A DNA stretch of 64,000 nt from contig CBDDBZ010000034.1 of NCBI GenBank assembly GCA_965225945.1, positions 256,001 to 320,000 of the forward strand. The letters run 5' to 3'. This DNA is from Alphaproteobacteria bacterium (GTDB lineage Bacteria > Pseudomonadota > Alphaproteobacteria > GCA-2731375). Positions 20,331-30,895 of the stretch are shown here, one piece after another (positions within the stretch are counted from its first letter, which is position 1; the number at the start of each line of letters is the position of its first letter). Below the pieces are notes generated by a model. That model made no database searches. It saw only the letters and a program-made list of their open reading frames with translations, and was not told the origin of the DNA. The translations under genes were made by a program, and so were the position numbers.

Positions 20331-20497
20331 GGCGCCGATCCTTGCCAGGCGTTATCCCGGGTTAAGAGGAGGTGAAACTATATACTGGGCCTTGCGACGA
20401 TGGCGACCAGCGATTCCGGTGGATCGCGGCCGGCGAGACGGTGCCCGGCAAGAGGTCCATCTCCGCGCCGCCGTCTGCTTCGGATTTTTTCGAGCTC

Positions 20498-22774
20498 TCA
20501 GCGGAAGACGTAGATCGGGCTGCTCCAGGCCTGGAAGCCATCCTCGGTGGTGACCCGGACCCATAGCGGATTGTCGCCCGAGGCCTCGAGCGGCACCTCG
20601 ACCTCGGCGCTGAGCTCGCGGCTGGTCAAGCTCTCCGGCAGGCGAGAGATCCGCAGCTCGCGGCGCAGCCCACCGGCGCCGAGAATCAGATCATCGTGGC
20701 CGATCTCGGCCAGCGCCATCTCGCTGGAGACGTGGTTGGTGGCGAGTTGCAGCCGCGCCGCCGGGCCTTCCTCCAGCCAGACGTCGAAGCCGCCGAAATT
20801 GCCGGTGGTGATCGCCTCCCACGTCACCAGGTCGTGGCCGTCGACTTCGAGCCGGCGTTCGTGGTTCCAGGCGTTGATCTTCGCCATGGCGAGGATGCGG
20901 CAGTCGTGGAAGCGGGCGCTGCCGCGCCAGGTGGTCTGGCGGCCCCGGCCGCGATACTCGGCGCCGCTCCAGATCCGCTGGCCGAGGTCGCTGGGCCCAT
21001 GGCCGCGCAGCGTCTCGACCGGCCGGTGGCCGTTCAGCACGTCGATCCGCAGAATCGCCGTGGCGGCGGCGGCGGCGATCTTCAACTTCACCGCGCCTGC
21101 GCTCTGGACGATGTCGCCCATCATCGCCTCCGCCACCATCCGGCCGGCGTCCTGGTAGAGCTTCGGATCGCGTTCGTGGAGCCGTCCGCCCTCGGCGAAT
21201 TCGGCGCGGACGTCCAGATGCAGGCGGTTGCCGGTGGTGCCGTAGTGATGGCGCCGGCGCAGCGCCTCGAAGAGGCTATCGCGGTCCAGCCGCTCGGCGA
21301 GAAAACAGGTGAGCCCGCCATAGGCCCCGAAGGTCGCCGCGCCCGGATAGCTGGCGCCCGGCCGGCCCTTGTGGCCGTCGCTGTTGCAGACCACGCCGAC
21401 CCGGTGGCCGAGCTCGAAGCAGTCCTCGATCAGCCACTCGAAGGTGCCCCAGGCGGAGTGGATTTCCATCGCGGTCTCGAGCCGGCCGTCGTGGGCATAG
21501 CTGACGTCGGCGTAGCGGCCGCCGACATGGGCGTAGACCACCGCGTCTTCCTCGGCCAGCGCCTCGAAGAGGGCCGAAGCCGTCGGTGCATCGGTCTCGA
21601 TGTCGGCGCGATCCGGCAGCAGGGCATGGGAGGAGCGATGGATCGCCCGGCCCTCGGTTCGGAAATAGACGTTGCGATCGCCGCCGACGCCGGTGTTGCC
21701 GGACCACTCGTAGCCGGGGAAGGTGACGAAACGACCGTCCTCGTGGAACTCGAGCGACAACGCGTTCAGTTGGCGCCAGAAGGCGTTGTTGATTTGGAAA
21801 TCGTTGGCCTGATGGCTGCAAGCGTCCAGGAACGCGGCCTCGCGGGCGAAGCTGTAGTATTCGAAAGCCGTGTTGATGCCGATCGATTCACCACTCTGGC
21901 CATGCAGGTCGGCCCAATATCCCGACACCCGGCCGTCGCGGATCAACAGCGGGTTGCTCTCGGCCACCAGGGCGCCGGCCTCGTCCAGCACCCGAATGGT
22001 CAACCGTCCCGGTTCCGCCACCGACAAGTCCTCGATGGTGGTCGCGCGCCGTCCCGGTCCGTGCTCGACCCACTCCCCGAGACCGGCGACCGGCAGGCTC
22101 GCCTCCAGGCGGAAGCGGCCCTGGGCCTGGGGCGTCGGATTGCCCCACTTGTCTTCCGCCAACAGGCCGAAGTGGAAGCGCTCGCCCGGGCGGCGAAGCG
22201 TCGGCAACACGGCGCGCCAGAGGTGCGGCGGTCCGGGCACGATGGAGATCGAGGGGGTGTCGGGAATCGGCACGAAATGGCCGGTGGCGCAGACGTCCGC
22301 CAGCACCTTGAACTCGAAGCCGCTCTCGACGAAGGTCTGCAACTGCATGCCGGGGCCACCGCCGGAGGTATCGCCGAAGACGATGGTGATCCGCTCGCCC
22401 TCGCCGATGAAGCCGCCGCGCACCGCGACCTCGAGGCATTTGAAGAAGGGCCGCTGCCCGCCCCGGGTGCGGTATTCGAGGCTGAGCGGATTGCCGCTGC
22501 TGGCCGAGACCGTGACGTAGTTCGCCGCGCTTCGATCCTCGCTCTGAAGAGCGCCCCAATCGCCGAAAACCCGGAAGACGACGCGGATCGCGCCGCTATC
22601 GTCGAGCCCGTAACGCCCCGCCGTATAGGTCAGGTGAAAGGTCTGCAGGCTCCTCGCCTCGAAGGCGCCGCTCGGCGTCAACTCCACATGACCGTAGAGC
22701 ACGGCGGCGTCCCCCGGGCTCGCCGCCGGCCAGACCGCGCCCATGACCTCATGTTCGACCGGACCGCCCCTCAT
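20498..22774 (-). CDS. DUF3604 (PHP-like metallohydrolase) protein
   Basis: WADLHGQSGES, PGYEWSG, GDRNV, NSDGHKGRPG, AWSSPIY; the upstream part of the 1098-aa ORF is antisense to the next gene. Confidence 0.85.
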   Translation of the reverse strand: MRGGPVEHEVMGAVWPAASPGDAAVLYGHVELTPSGAFEARSLQTFHLTYTAGRYGLDDSGAIRVVFRVFGDWGALQSEDRSAANYVTVSASSGNPLSLEYRTRGGQRPFFKCLEVAVRGGFIGEGERITIVFGDTSGGGPGMQLQTFVESGFEFKVLADVCATGHFVPIPDTPSISIVPGPPHLWRAVLPTLRRPGERFHFGLLAEDKWGNPTPQAQGRFRLEASLPVAGLGEWVEHGPGRRATTIEDLSVAEPGRLTIRVLDEAGALVAESNPLLIRDGRVSGYWADLHGQSGESIGINTAFEYYSFAREAAFLDACSHQANDFQINNAFWRQLNALSLEFHEDGRFVTFPGYEWSGNTGVGGDRNVYFRTEGRAIHRSSHALLPDRADIETDAPTASALFEALAEEDAVVYAHVGGRYADVSYAHDGRLETAMEIHSAWGTFEWLIEDCFELGHRVGVVCNSDGHKGRPGASYPGAATFGAYGGLTCFLAERLDRDSLFEALRRRHHYGTTGNRLHLDVRAEFAEGGRLHERDPKLYQDAGRMVAEAMMGDIVQSAGAVKLKIAAAAATAILRIDVLNGHRPVETLRGHGPSDLGQRIWSGAEYRGRGRQTTWRGSARFHDCRILAMAKINAWNHERRLEVDGHDLVTWEAITTGNFGGFDVWLEEGPAARLQLATNHVSSEMALAEIGHDDLILGAGGLRRELRISRLPESLTSRELSAEVEVPLEASGDNPLWVRVTTEDGFQAWSSPIYVFR

Positions 22775-22912
22775 CGCCGCTCTCCCACGTCCTGTGCCCT
22801 CGATCGAATCTAGTGGCAATCGCGCGGTGCCGCCAGCAGTTGCCCGCGCGCCCGACCAGCGATAGAACCAAGGCGCGAGAGCAACTCGTGATGCGCCGGG
22901 GGGACTTCGAGC

Positions 22913-23830
22913 ATGGCCAGAAAATCTCGTTTCGCGACCGCCGATCTCGGCGGCATTATCCCGCCGATCACCACGCCCTTCACCGCCAGGGGCGCGATCG
23001 ACGAGCGGGCCTTTCGCGCCCAGGTGAAGTTCATGCTCGGCGCCGGCGTCCACGGCGTGGCGGTCGGCGGCAGCACCGGCGAGGGCCATGCGCTCGACGC
23101 CGAGGAGGTGCCGAGGCTGGTCGAGATCGCGGTGGAGGTAGCGGGCGATTCCGTGCCGGTCATCGCCGGCATCATCGTCAATTCGACGCGCGATGCGATC
23201 GCGCGCGGGCGAGCGGCCGAGGCGGCGGGCGCGGCGGCCTTGCAGATCACCCCGGTCCACTACCTCTTCCGGCCCGACGACGGCCATATGGAGGCGCATT
23301 TCCGGACCGTCGCCAAGGCGGTCTCGGCGCCAGTCCTGATTTACAACGTGGTGCCCTGGAGCTATCTCTCGCCCGAACTGCTGGTCCGCATCATGCGCCG
23401 CGTGCCGGGCGTCGTCGGGGTCAAGCAGAGCGCCGGCGACCTCAAGCTGTTCGCCGATCTGATGCAGTCGGCGCCGCGCGGGTGCCGCATCTTCAGCGCC
23501 GTCGACGCCCTCATGTATCCCTCCTTCACCCTGGGCGCGCATGGCGCCATCACCGCAATCCTGACCGCGGCGCCGCACGCCTGCGTCCGGCTCTGGGACG
23601 CGGTGCGGGCGGGCGAGTACGGAAGCGCGCTCCGCCTGCATGGCCGACTGCTCAAGCTCTGGAACGCCATGCACGCCGACATGGCGCCGGGCTCCAACAA
23701 TCTGCCGGCGGCGACCAAGTGCGCCTTGACGCTCCAGGGGCTGAAGGGCGGCGCGCCCCGGGCACCGATGCCCGCCGCCTCCCAGCGTCAACAAAAGGCG
23801 ATCGCCGGCGCGCTCAAAGCCCTGACATAG
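22913..23830 (+). CDS. DHDPS/NAL family lyase
   Basis: PPITTPF, GSTGEG, IYNVVP, GVKQS. Confidence 0.92.
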   Translation: MARKSRFATADLGGIIPPITTPFTARGAIDERAFRAQVKFMLGAGVHGVAVGGSTGEGHALDAEEVPRLVEIAVEVAGDSVPVIAGIIVNSTRDAIARGRAAEAAGAAALQITPVHYLFRPDDGHMEAHFRTVAKAVSAPVLIYNVVPWSYLSPELLVRIMRRVPGVVGVKQSAGDLKLFADLMQSAPRGCRIFSAVDALMYPSFTLGAHGAITAILTAAPHACVRLWDAVRAGEYGSALRLHGRLLKLWNAMHADMAPGSNNLPAATKCALTLQGLKGGAPRAPMPAASQRQQKAIAGALKALT

Positions 23831-23973
23831 ACGTCATCCCTCAGACGTCGGCTACGGCCCGCGATGACGCGGCTCTAATTGGCGAAGGCCCGTTGTGCTA
23901 AGATCGCCGGCAACTGGGAGAGCGATCTCAGGAGTTCCGTCTGAAAGGGTGGGTTGAGGCAGAGTATTCAAAG

Positions 23974-24810
23974 ATGATTAACGAAGACATCAAGACGGCA
24001 GTCAGCGAACGCTACTCGGAAATTGCCAAGAGCGGCCGCAGCAGCCTCGATGAAAAAACCCGATCTGTCGCCAAGGCGTTCGGGTATTCCGAAGCCGAAC
24101 TCGAGAGCATTCCGGCGGAAGCGAATATGGGCGTGAGCTGCGGCAATCCAACTGCCATGGCGAGCCTTCGCGAGGGGGAAATTGTCGTCGATCTCGGCAG
24201 CGGTGGCGGGCTCGACGTCTTCCTGGCGGCGCGGAAGGTAGGGCCGACGGGCAAGGCCATCGGCATCGACATGACCGAAGAAATGATCCGACTGGCGCGG
24301 CGCAACGCCGAGAAAATGGGCCTCGAGAACGTCGCGTTTCATCTCGCCGAAATCGAAGACATGCCGCTTGCCGACGAAAGTGTGGACTGCGTGGTCAGCA
24401 ACTGCGTCCTGGTCCTGGTTCCGGACAAGTTGGATGCCTTCAAGGAAATATACCGCATCTTGAAGCCGAGCGGGCGGCTGGCGATCAGCGATATGGCACT
24501 CAAGAAGACGTTGCCATCCGAGCTTGCCGAAAGCGTCGCCGCCTATACGGGCTGCGTTGCCGGCGCGTTGCAGATCGAGGACTACGAAAGGCTTCTTGGT
24601 GAGGCCGGCTTCGCAGCGGTCCAGATCATCGACACCCGGTCGGATCTCAACGTCTACAAAGAGAGCGAAAAGGCCGGTGAGGCGGCGATCTCATGTTGTG
24701 GCGGTCCGGACACGGAAGCAAAGGGCGTATCGACCACGGCAGCCCTGCGACTCTCGGATGTCGATGTCAACGACTATGCCGCAAGCGTAAAGGTGTTCGC
24801 TCACAAGTAA
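23974..24810 (+). CDS. arsM: Arsenite S-adenosylmethyltransferase
   Basis: [35 protein letters not shown]-terminal CC. Confidence 0.88.
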   Translation: MINEDIKTAVSERYSEIAKSGRSSLDEKTRSVAKAFGYSEAELESIPAEANMGVSCGNPTAMASLREGEIVVDLGSGGGLDVFLAARKVGPTGKAIGIDMTEEMIRLARRNAEKMGLENVAFHLAEIEDMPLADESVDCVVSNCVLVLVPDKLDAFKEIYRILKPSGRLAISDMALKKTLPSELAESVAAYTGCVAGALQIEDYERLLGEAGFAAVQIIDTRSDLNVYKESEKAGEAAISCCGGPDTEAKGVSTTAALRLSDVDVNDYAASVKVFAHK

Positions 24811-25307
24811 CGGCCCCGATTTACTCGACATTTTCTCGAGGTCTCTGTCCGGCAGAGACACCACGGCAGCGCGATTGCCATCTGCCATGCGATGAGCAGT
24901 AGGATGCCGCCGCCCTCGTAGAGCGCGAACGCCGCGACCTCAGTCTTGAACTCGATATCGTGGACAAGACCTTGAAATGACCCTTCTTACGTCAACTTGC
25001 TGACATAATCCGGATCGTAGTATTGCTAATATAGCAGGAGAGGGTACGTAATGATAATCCTCGCGCTCGAGCATTTCATCGTGTAAATTGTATTATTCTC
25101 ATCTAGATAATATCATTAACTGTATTGTCTGCCTACGAAAGCAATGCAACTACGCCCAACCTCGGCCGATCGATGAAAAGGTGATCTGGACCCCAGCCGG
25201 AGCTTCGCCGTCCATTCAGCCTATCGAGTGATGGCCATCTCTTTCGATCCGCACCTCCAGCACCAGATGTAATGACGAGGCCCGGGGAAGGCTAGCCCGA
25301 GAGGACC

Positions 25308-25943
25308 GTGGAAATGATCATGCCGTCACGTCGCACAATCGTTACCGCCGCCGCCGTCTTCATGCTGTCCTTCGGCAATGTCGCCGCCGAGGCGCCGCCT
25401 GAGCAGGTCCAGGGTGCCGCTCGGTTCATCGCTTCGCTGGGCGATCAGGCGATCACCGCCCTGCGCGCCAACAGCCGCGGCTTGGAGCGGCGCGAGGCGA
25501 CCTTCCGCGGGCTCTTGGCACAGCGCTTCGACGTCCCCTTCATCGGCCGTTTCGTGCTGGGCCGGCATTGGCGCCGGGCCAGCGCCGAACAGCGCAGCGA
25601 CTACCTCGCGCTGTTCCGCGAGTTCCTGCTGAAGACCTACTCTCGCCGGCTCGGAGGCTCTACCGGTGGGACGTTCACCGTCACGGGGGCACACCCTACG
25701 GGCCGGCAACACATCATCGTCAGGACCCAAATCGAGCGCGCGATCGGGGCGCCGATCGAGGCCGACTGGCGCGTCAGGGTGATCGACCGGCAGTATAAAA
25801 TCATCGACGTCGCGGTCGAGGGTGTTAGCATGGCCGCGACGCAGAGGGCGGAGTTCACGACGGTCATCCGGAACCATGGCATGGACGGCTTGCTACAGGC
25901 GCTTCGCCTGCGCACGCAAACTTATACCGCTAAGGCGTCCTGA
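25308..25943 (+). CDS. MlaC/Ttg2D phospholipid-binding protein
   Basis: Signal peptide, FDVPFIGRFVLGRHW, KIIDVAVEGVSM..TQRAEF. Confidence 0.9.
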   Translation: MEMIMPSRRTIVTAAAVFMLSFGNVAAEAPPEQVQGAARFIASLGDQAITALRANSRGLERREATFRGLLAQRFDVPFIGRFVLGRHWRRASAEQRSDYLALFREFLLKTYSRRLGGSTGGTFTVTGAHPTGRQHIIVRTQIERAIGAPIEADWRVRVIDRQYKIIDVAVEGVSMAATQRAEFTTVIRNHGMDGLLQALRLRTQTYTAKAS

Positions 25944-26141
25944 CGCCGCCGTCGGATACCGCTTTCCACCAAGCGCCGATCGAGTTCCAAGACGGCGGGC
26001 GCTTTGCCTCCCGCCGTCCCGGCCAGCGACCTTCTCGTCACCGCCACCGCGGCTAACGACCTCCAGGATGGCTACGAAGCCTAGGTGGATCGTCAATTCA
26101 CGTCGAACTGAGCCGGCACAGACTCTCGCCGATTTCCCGAA

Positions 26142-26600
26142 TTGACAATGCCGACCGATACTTACAGATCGCTCGCCGTGGCCTTGTTCCTGCTCCTTGC
26201 GGGCTGCGGAACGAATGTCAAGACGCTGCTCGAGGAAGATGGCCGGCTCTTCTGGCAGGCGGATCCGATCGTTATGGCAGCAGAAGATCTGGACCGCGAT
26301 CTCGTCGAGCCGTTCAATGCAGCCGAAACGGCAAAAATCGAGGCCTGCGATGCTTTGTATTCCGCAGCGGAGGAGAGCATCGAAGAGAACGAAAGGTCAC
26401 GCGTGGCGGAATTTTGGTCAGACGTCACCATGCTCTTCGTTCGCGTCTTCCCAGTGGAATCGGTGGAACGATGCGCTCGAGCACACGAGCGATACAGTCA
26501 GGAGCTCGATGTCTTGCGCAAGCTCCTCGAGGAGGAGGGCGTCTATGTCAACGGCGGCGCAAAATTGGGCCAGTTTGGCGGCGCAAAAAGGGAGCCCTGA
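26142..26600 (+). CDS. Putative lipoprotein
   Basis: Lipobox LLLAGC. Confidence 0.65.
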   Translation: MTMPTDTYRSLAVALFLLLAGCGTNVKTLLEEDGRLFWQADPIVMAAEDLDRDLVEPFNAAETAKIEACDALYSAAEESIEENERSRVAEFWSDVTMLFVRVFPVESVERCARAHERYSQELDVLRKLLEEEGVYVNGGAKLGQFGGAKREP

Positions 26601-26756
26601 GGGTTGGAGAGCTTGGCCACGTCGTCCAGCGGAGGGCCCCGCGGGCGGAGCGACGTGCCCTTCAAGCGGGTAGACGGCGCCCGGGCGACGCCATGACAGT
26701 GCTGTCGCCCCGCCCTAATCTTTGTTCCCTGGAGACTTGCACCGAGGAGAATCGAT

Positions 26757-27605
26757 ATGGGACCACAGCTGGTCGACTATCTGCTGTACGAAAAGGAGGA
26801 AAGCGGCATCCTCTGGATCAAGTTCAACCGGCCGGAGAAGATGAATGCGCTTTACGGCACGGCGGAGGCGCTGGGCACGGTCGCCAAGGTCGGCGAGTAC
26901 ATGCGGGCGGGGGACGACGATCCCGACGTCAGGGTGATCGTGCTCACCGGCGTCGGCCGCGGCTTCTGTTCCGGCGCCGACCTCAAGAGCCGACTATCGG
27001 TGGACGAGATCGGCCCCAATGTGGAGGGTGCTCGCGGCGACCACGAAGGGCCGGACGTGACGCGCCAGCACTTCTATCACGGCTTCACTAAGCTGCACCG
27101 CGACATCTCCGTCATCCGCAAACCCACCATCGCCATGATCAACGGCGCCGCCGTCGGCTCCGGCATGGACATGGCGCTGCATTGCGACATCCGCATCGGC
27201 TGCGAGAACACCCGTTTCATCGGTTACCAGCAGGTGGGTCAGATCATCGAGAACGGCGGCTCCTACTATCTGCCGAAGATGGTCGGGCTCGGCCGGGCGC
27301 TGGAATTTGCCTATACCGGCTCGTTGACGGCAGAGCGCGCCTACGAGTGGGGCCTGCTCAACCACCTGGTCTCTTCGCACGAGCTCGAGACGACGACGCG
27401 GGAACTCTGCGAGCGGATCATCGCCCAGCCGCCGCTGGTACAGTGGACCAGTAAGCGGATCATGCGCGCCGCCCTCGACAGCACGCTCGAGACCACCATG
27501 GTGCTGACCTCGAACGCCGGCGGCATCCTACAGAGTTCGGATGACGCCAAGGAAGCCCGCCTGGCCTTCGTCGAGAAGAGGAAGCCGAGGTTCCGGGGTG
27601 TTTAG
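26757..27605 (+). CDS. Enoyl-CoA hydratase/isomerase family
   Basis: NRPEKMNAL, FCSGADL, KPTIAMINGAAVGSG, AFVEKRKP. Confidence 0.93.
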   Translation: MGPQLVDYLLYEKEESGILWIKFNRPEKMNALYGTAEALGTVAKVGEYMRAGDDDPDVRVIVLTGVGRGFCSGADLKSRLSVDEIGPNVEGARGDHEGPDVTRQHFYHGFTKLHRDISVIRKPTIAMINGAAVGSGMDMALHCDIRIGCENTRFIGYQQVGQIIENGGSYYLPKMVGLGRALEFAYTGSLTAERAYEWGLLNHLVSSHELETTTRELCERIIAQPPLVQWTSKRIMRAALDSTLETTMVLTSNAGGILQSSDDAKEARLAFVEKRKPRFRGV

Positions 27606-27641
27606 CCCTTCACAATGGTTCCCGGGAGATAGGGAAAATCG

Positions 27642-28479
27642 CATGGTACACGACGGCATTTACGTAGGACGTTGAAAAGGTTGTAGAATTCCCGATTCAC
27701 TCCACGACGAGTCAAGAGGGAAATCATGCGAGACAACCCGATCAACGCCCTGCGTGAGACGCTACGATGCGGCTTCGCCTTTCGCAAGAGCCGTCTGGAG
27801 AGCCTTTGCGTCTTGGTCTTCGGCGTGTTCGTCGCCCGGACGGTGAACCTCTCTCACTTGGCCTGCCAGCGATCCAGATCGGCGCCTGCAACGGTTTTTG
27901 CAAGCGCCGATCCCTCGCCGAGTTCCTGGTCGCGATGATGGGGCAGGCGGGGCTGGCGGCGACCATGGACCGGACCACTGGCGGCTGGGTCGCCGCGACG
28001 TCAACATCTTGATGATCGGCATCTCAACCGCGAACGGGTGCTCGACGGCGGCATTCCTACCAAGGAGCGGACGATCCTCGACGTCCTCCGGCTCTTCGGG
28101 GTCGACAAGATCGCCAGCCTCCTGGCCGACCGGGACGCGGCGACGCCTGGCTGGCATGGTTGCAGGAAAAGCCATCCCCTTTCACATCCGCATCCGATCC
28201 AACATCAAGATCGCCAACACGCGTTCGTCGAGGGAGCTGTTTCGCGAAGAGCCGACGCCAGCCGAAAAGGTTCCGGGCGAACTGTTTAGCCCTTCACAAT
28301 GCCGTTCCCGTGGAGACCTAGGGACCGAAATCACCGCCGTTCCATCGAACACGCGCGGCTCCACGAGGCCGAGCCGATCCGCCTCAAAACCCACAAAAGG
28401 ATGGCAAAATCCATCTTCCGATACGGTTTCGAGTGGATAAGGCGACAGAATGACGATCGTCGAAGGTGCGTGTACTGTG
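27642..28479 (+). mobile_element. Degenerate IS4-family element
   Basis: Imperfect ends CATGGTACACGAC / GCGTGTACTGTG; fragments RTVNLSHLA, MDRT, DVNILMIGI, LLADR, KTHKRMAKSIFRYG in shifting frames. Confidence 0.75.
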
Positions 28480-28600
28480 GGACGTTTCGAACACGCCGAA
28501 TGACGATTATGCGACTGCCGGGTAGGGCCCTGGTGGCGCCGTTGGTCTTCGCAACCTTGTCGCCGGCTGAACGAGAACGGCCCCACGCAAAGGACACTTC

Positions 28601-29830
28601 ATGAAACCCCTAGGCGACATCCGCGTTCTCTCCGTCACCGTATTCCTCGCCGGCCCCTTCCTTGGCATGACGCTCGCGCGCTTCGGGGCCGAAGTCATCA
28701 AGATCGAGCTGCCGGGAATCGGCGATCCGATTCGCAATATCGGACCCTATGCGGGCCCCATGGGCATAAGCGCGGAGCGAGAAACTGAAGAGGATCTCTC
28801 GATCCGCTTTCTCAAGCGCTCGGAAGGCGTGAAGAGCGTCACCTTGAATCTGAAGGACCCGGAGGGGGCGGGCATGTTTCTGGAGCTGGTAAAGGAGGCC
28901 GACGTCGTGATCGAGAACCTGTCGCCGAGCTCGATGACGCGCCTCGGACTCGGTTACGCGGACGTCGCCGAGGTCAATCCGGGCATCGTCTACTGTTCCA
29001 TTGCCGGCTACGGCCAGACCGGTCCCTACAAGGACCTGCCAGCCCACGACCATCAGGTCCAGGCGATGTCCGGCATCATGGATATGAACGGCGCTCCCGA
29101 CGGACCGCCGACACGGATCGGCATCTTCCTCGGCGATCTGGTGACGCCGCTTTACGCCGCCTATTCGATTCTCGGCGCCCTGCGCCACAAGGAGAAAACC
29201 GGAGAAGGCCAATATCTCGACGCCTCGATGATCGATACGCTGGCCACGTTGATGTTCATGGAACCGATGGAGCACATCCTCCACCAAGGCTTGCCGGTCC
29301 GAGCCGGCAACGACAGCCGCAACGGCGTCACCGGGCTCTATCGCCTCACGGATGGCGATGTGATCATTACGGTCGGGAACCTGCCGCGCTGGCAAAAGTT
29401 ATGCGAAGCGCTTGGCGCGGGTGAATTGCTGGAGAATCCTCGATACGCGACGGTCGAAGACCGGGAGGCGCATGTCGGGGAATTGCGGCGGGAGATTCAG
29501 GATCGTCTCGGCAGGCTCGGTTGCGAAGAAGGGATTGCGCTGCTGGAGAGCGCCGCTATCCCCGTCGCCCGAGTCCGGACTCTGCCCGAGGTCATGGCGG
29601 ACGAGCACTTCCGCGACCGCGGCACCCTGAAACCGATGTACCGTCAGGGATCGGAGGAGCCCGTGGAGCGCGGCATTGTCGCGGGTTTCCCCGTGACCTT
29701 CTCCGCTGGATCGTTACCGCGGCTCGAGGGTGGGGCAAGGCTTGGCCATCACAACGAGGAAGTCTACGGCCGGTTGCTCGACCTGGACCCGGCCGCGCTT
29801 GCCGAATTGAAAAAACACGGCGTCATTTAG
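28601..29830 (+). CDS. CoA-transferase family III (CaiB/BaiF)
   Basis: LAGPF, GAEVIKIE, ADVVIEN, GYGQTGPY, LGHHNEEV. Confidence 0.95.
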   Translation: MKPLGDIRVLSVTVFLAGPFLGMTLARFGAEVIKIELPGIGDPIRNIGPYAGPMGISAERETEEDLSIRFLKRSEGVKSVTLNLKDPEGAGMFLELVKEADVVIENLSPSSMTRLGLGYADVAEVNPGIVYCSIAGYGQTGPYKDLPAHDHQVQAMSGIMDMNGAPDGPPTRIGIFLGDLVTPLYAAYSILGALRHKEKTGEGQYLDASMIDTLATLMFMEPMEHILHQGLPVRAGNDSRNGVTGLYRLTDGDVIITVGNLPRWQKLCEALGAGELLENPRYATVEDREAHVGELRREIQDRLGRLGCEEGIALLESAAIPVARVRTLPEVMADEHFRDRGTLKPMYRQGSEEPVERGIVAGFPVTFSAGSLPRLEGGARLGHHNEEVYGRLLDLDPAALAELKKHGVI

Positions 29831-29976
29831 GAGCCAATGACCGGTTGGGATCAAGAACGAAACCGCTTTCAGCGGTAGTTCGTGGTGCCGGGCGGTGAGG
29901 TCGGTGGCGTAACGGATGGGTCGATCCTGTGTTGAGGTTTGGAGTTCCGAAGCTCACGCAACACGGGAGCAGACCC

Positions 29977-30882
29977 ATGACCGATAGTGACAAGACCATC
30001 AGCCCGCTGCGCCAGCGCATGATCGACGACATGGTGCTTCGCGGCTTCAGTGCCAACACGCAGCGCGGCTACATCAGTGCGGTGGCCGGCTTTTCCGACT
30101 TTCTCGCACGCTCTCCGGATCGGGCGGAGGCGGAGGATCTCAGGCGCTATCAAGTGCATATGCGCAAAGCAGGCGCATCGGCGACGACGATGAACGCGGC
30201 GGTCTCGGCATTGCGGTTCTTCTTCGGCGTCACGCTCGGCCGAGGCGACGCCGAGATCGGCATGACGACGGTGGCAATGCCGCGCAAGCTGCCGGTGATC
30301 CTGAGCGTCGAGGAAATGGCGCGGCTTCTCGATGCCGCCCCCGGTCCCAAATACAAGGCGGCCTTTTCGCTGGCCTATGGCGCCGGCCTGCGCGCTTCGG
30401 AGGTGGTCCATCTCAAGGTCCCGGACATCGACAGCAACCGCAAGACGCTTCGCATCGAGCAAGGTAAGGGCCGCCGAGATCGCTACGCCATGCTCTCGGA
30501 TCGCGCCGTCGAGCAGCTCAGGGTCTGGTGGTTGCTTGGCCGCGCCCGCGGCGTGATGCTGCCCGGCGGTTGGCTGTTTCCAGGCCAGAACCCGGTCAAC
30601 CCGTTGACCACCCGCCAGCTCCGTCGCGCCCTCGATGGCGCCAAGGCGGGGGCGGGGATCGAGAAGCGGATCTCGCTTCACACGCTGCGCCACTGCTTCG
30701 CCACCCATCTCCTCGAACAGGGCGTCGACATCCGCGTGATCCAGGTTCTACTGGGGCACAAGAAGCTGGAGACCACGGCTCACTACACCCAGGTCGCCAG
30801 CACCACCTTGCGGCGCGCCAAGAGCCCACTGGACCTGCTCGAGCCGCCGACGCCCAAGACCAAGCGCAAGCCGCCGAAGTGA
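29977..30882 (+). CDS. Tyrosine recombinase/integrase
   Basis: GLRASE, HTLRHCFATH, LLGH, TAHY catalytic set. Confidence 0.95.
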   Translation: MTDSDKTISPLRQRMIDDMVLRGFSANTQRGYISAVAGFSDFLARSPDRAEAEDLRRYQVHMRKAGASATTMNAAVSALRFFFGVTLGRGDAEIGMTTVAMPRKLPVILSVEEMARLLDAAPGPKYKAAFSLAYGAGLRASEVVHLKVPDIDSNRKTLRIEQGKGRRDRYAMLSDRAVEQLRVWWLLGRARGVMLPGGWLFPGQNPVNPLTTRQLRRALDGAKAGAGIEKRISLHTLRHCFATHLLEQGVDIRVIQVLLGHKKLETTAHYTQVASTTLRRAKSPLDLLEPPTPKTKRKPPK

Positions 30883-30895
30883 GCCGGCGGCCTCG

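Noticed and set aside
22775-23794. N-terminal third of the 1098-aa ORF
   Set aside because: Antisense shadow of the DHDPS-family gene 22913-23830
24950-25150. AT-rich stretch as replication origin or ncRNA
   Set aside because: No iterons, DnaA-box cluster or clear structure; most simply the promoter region of the MlaC-like gene
29977-30882. Integron integrase IntI with attC cassettes
   Set aside because: No IntI-specific insertion before the HxLRH box is evident and I could not find canonical RYYYAAC..GTTRRRY attC pairs; the gene is inside an IS91-type element
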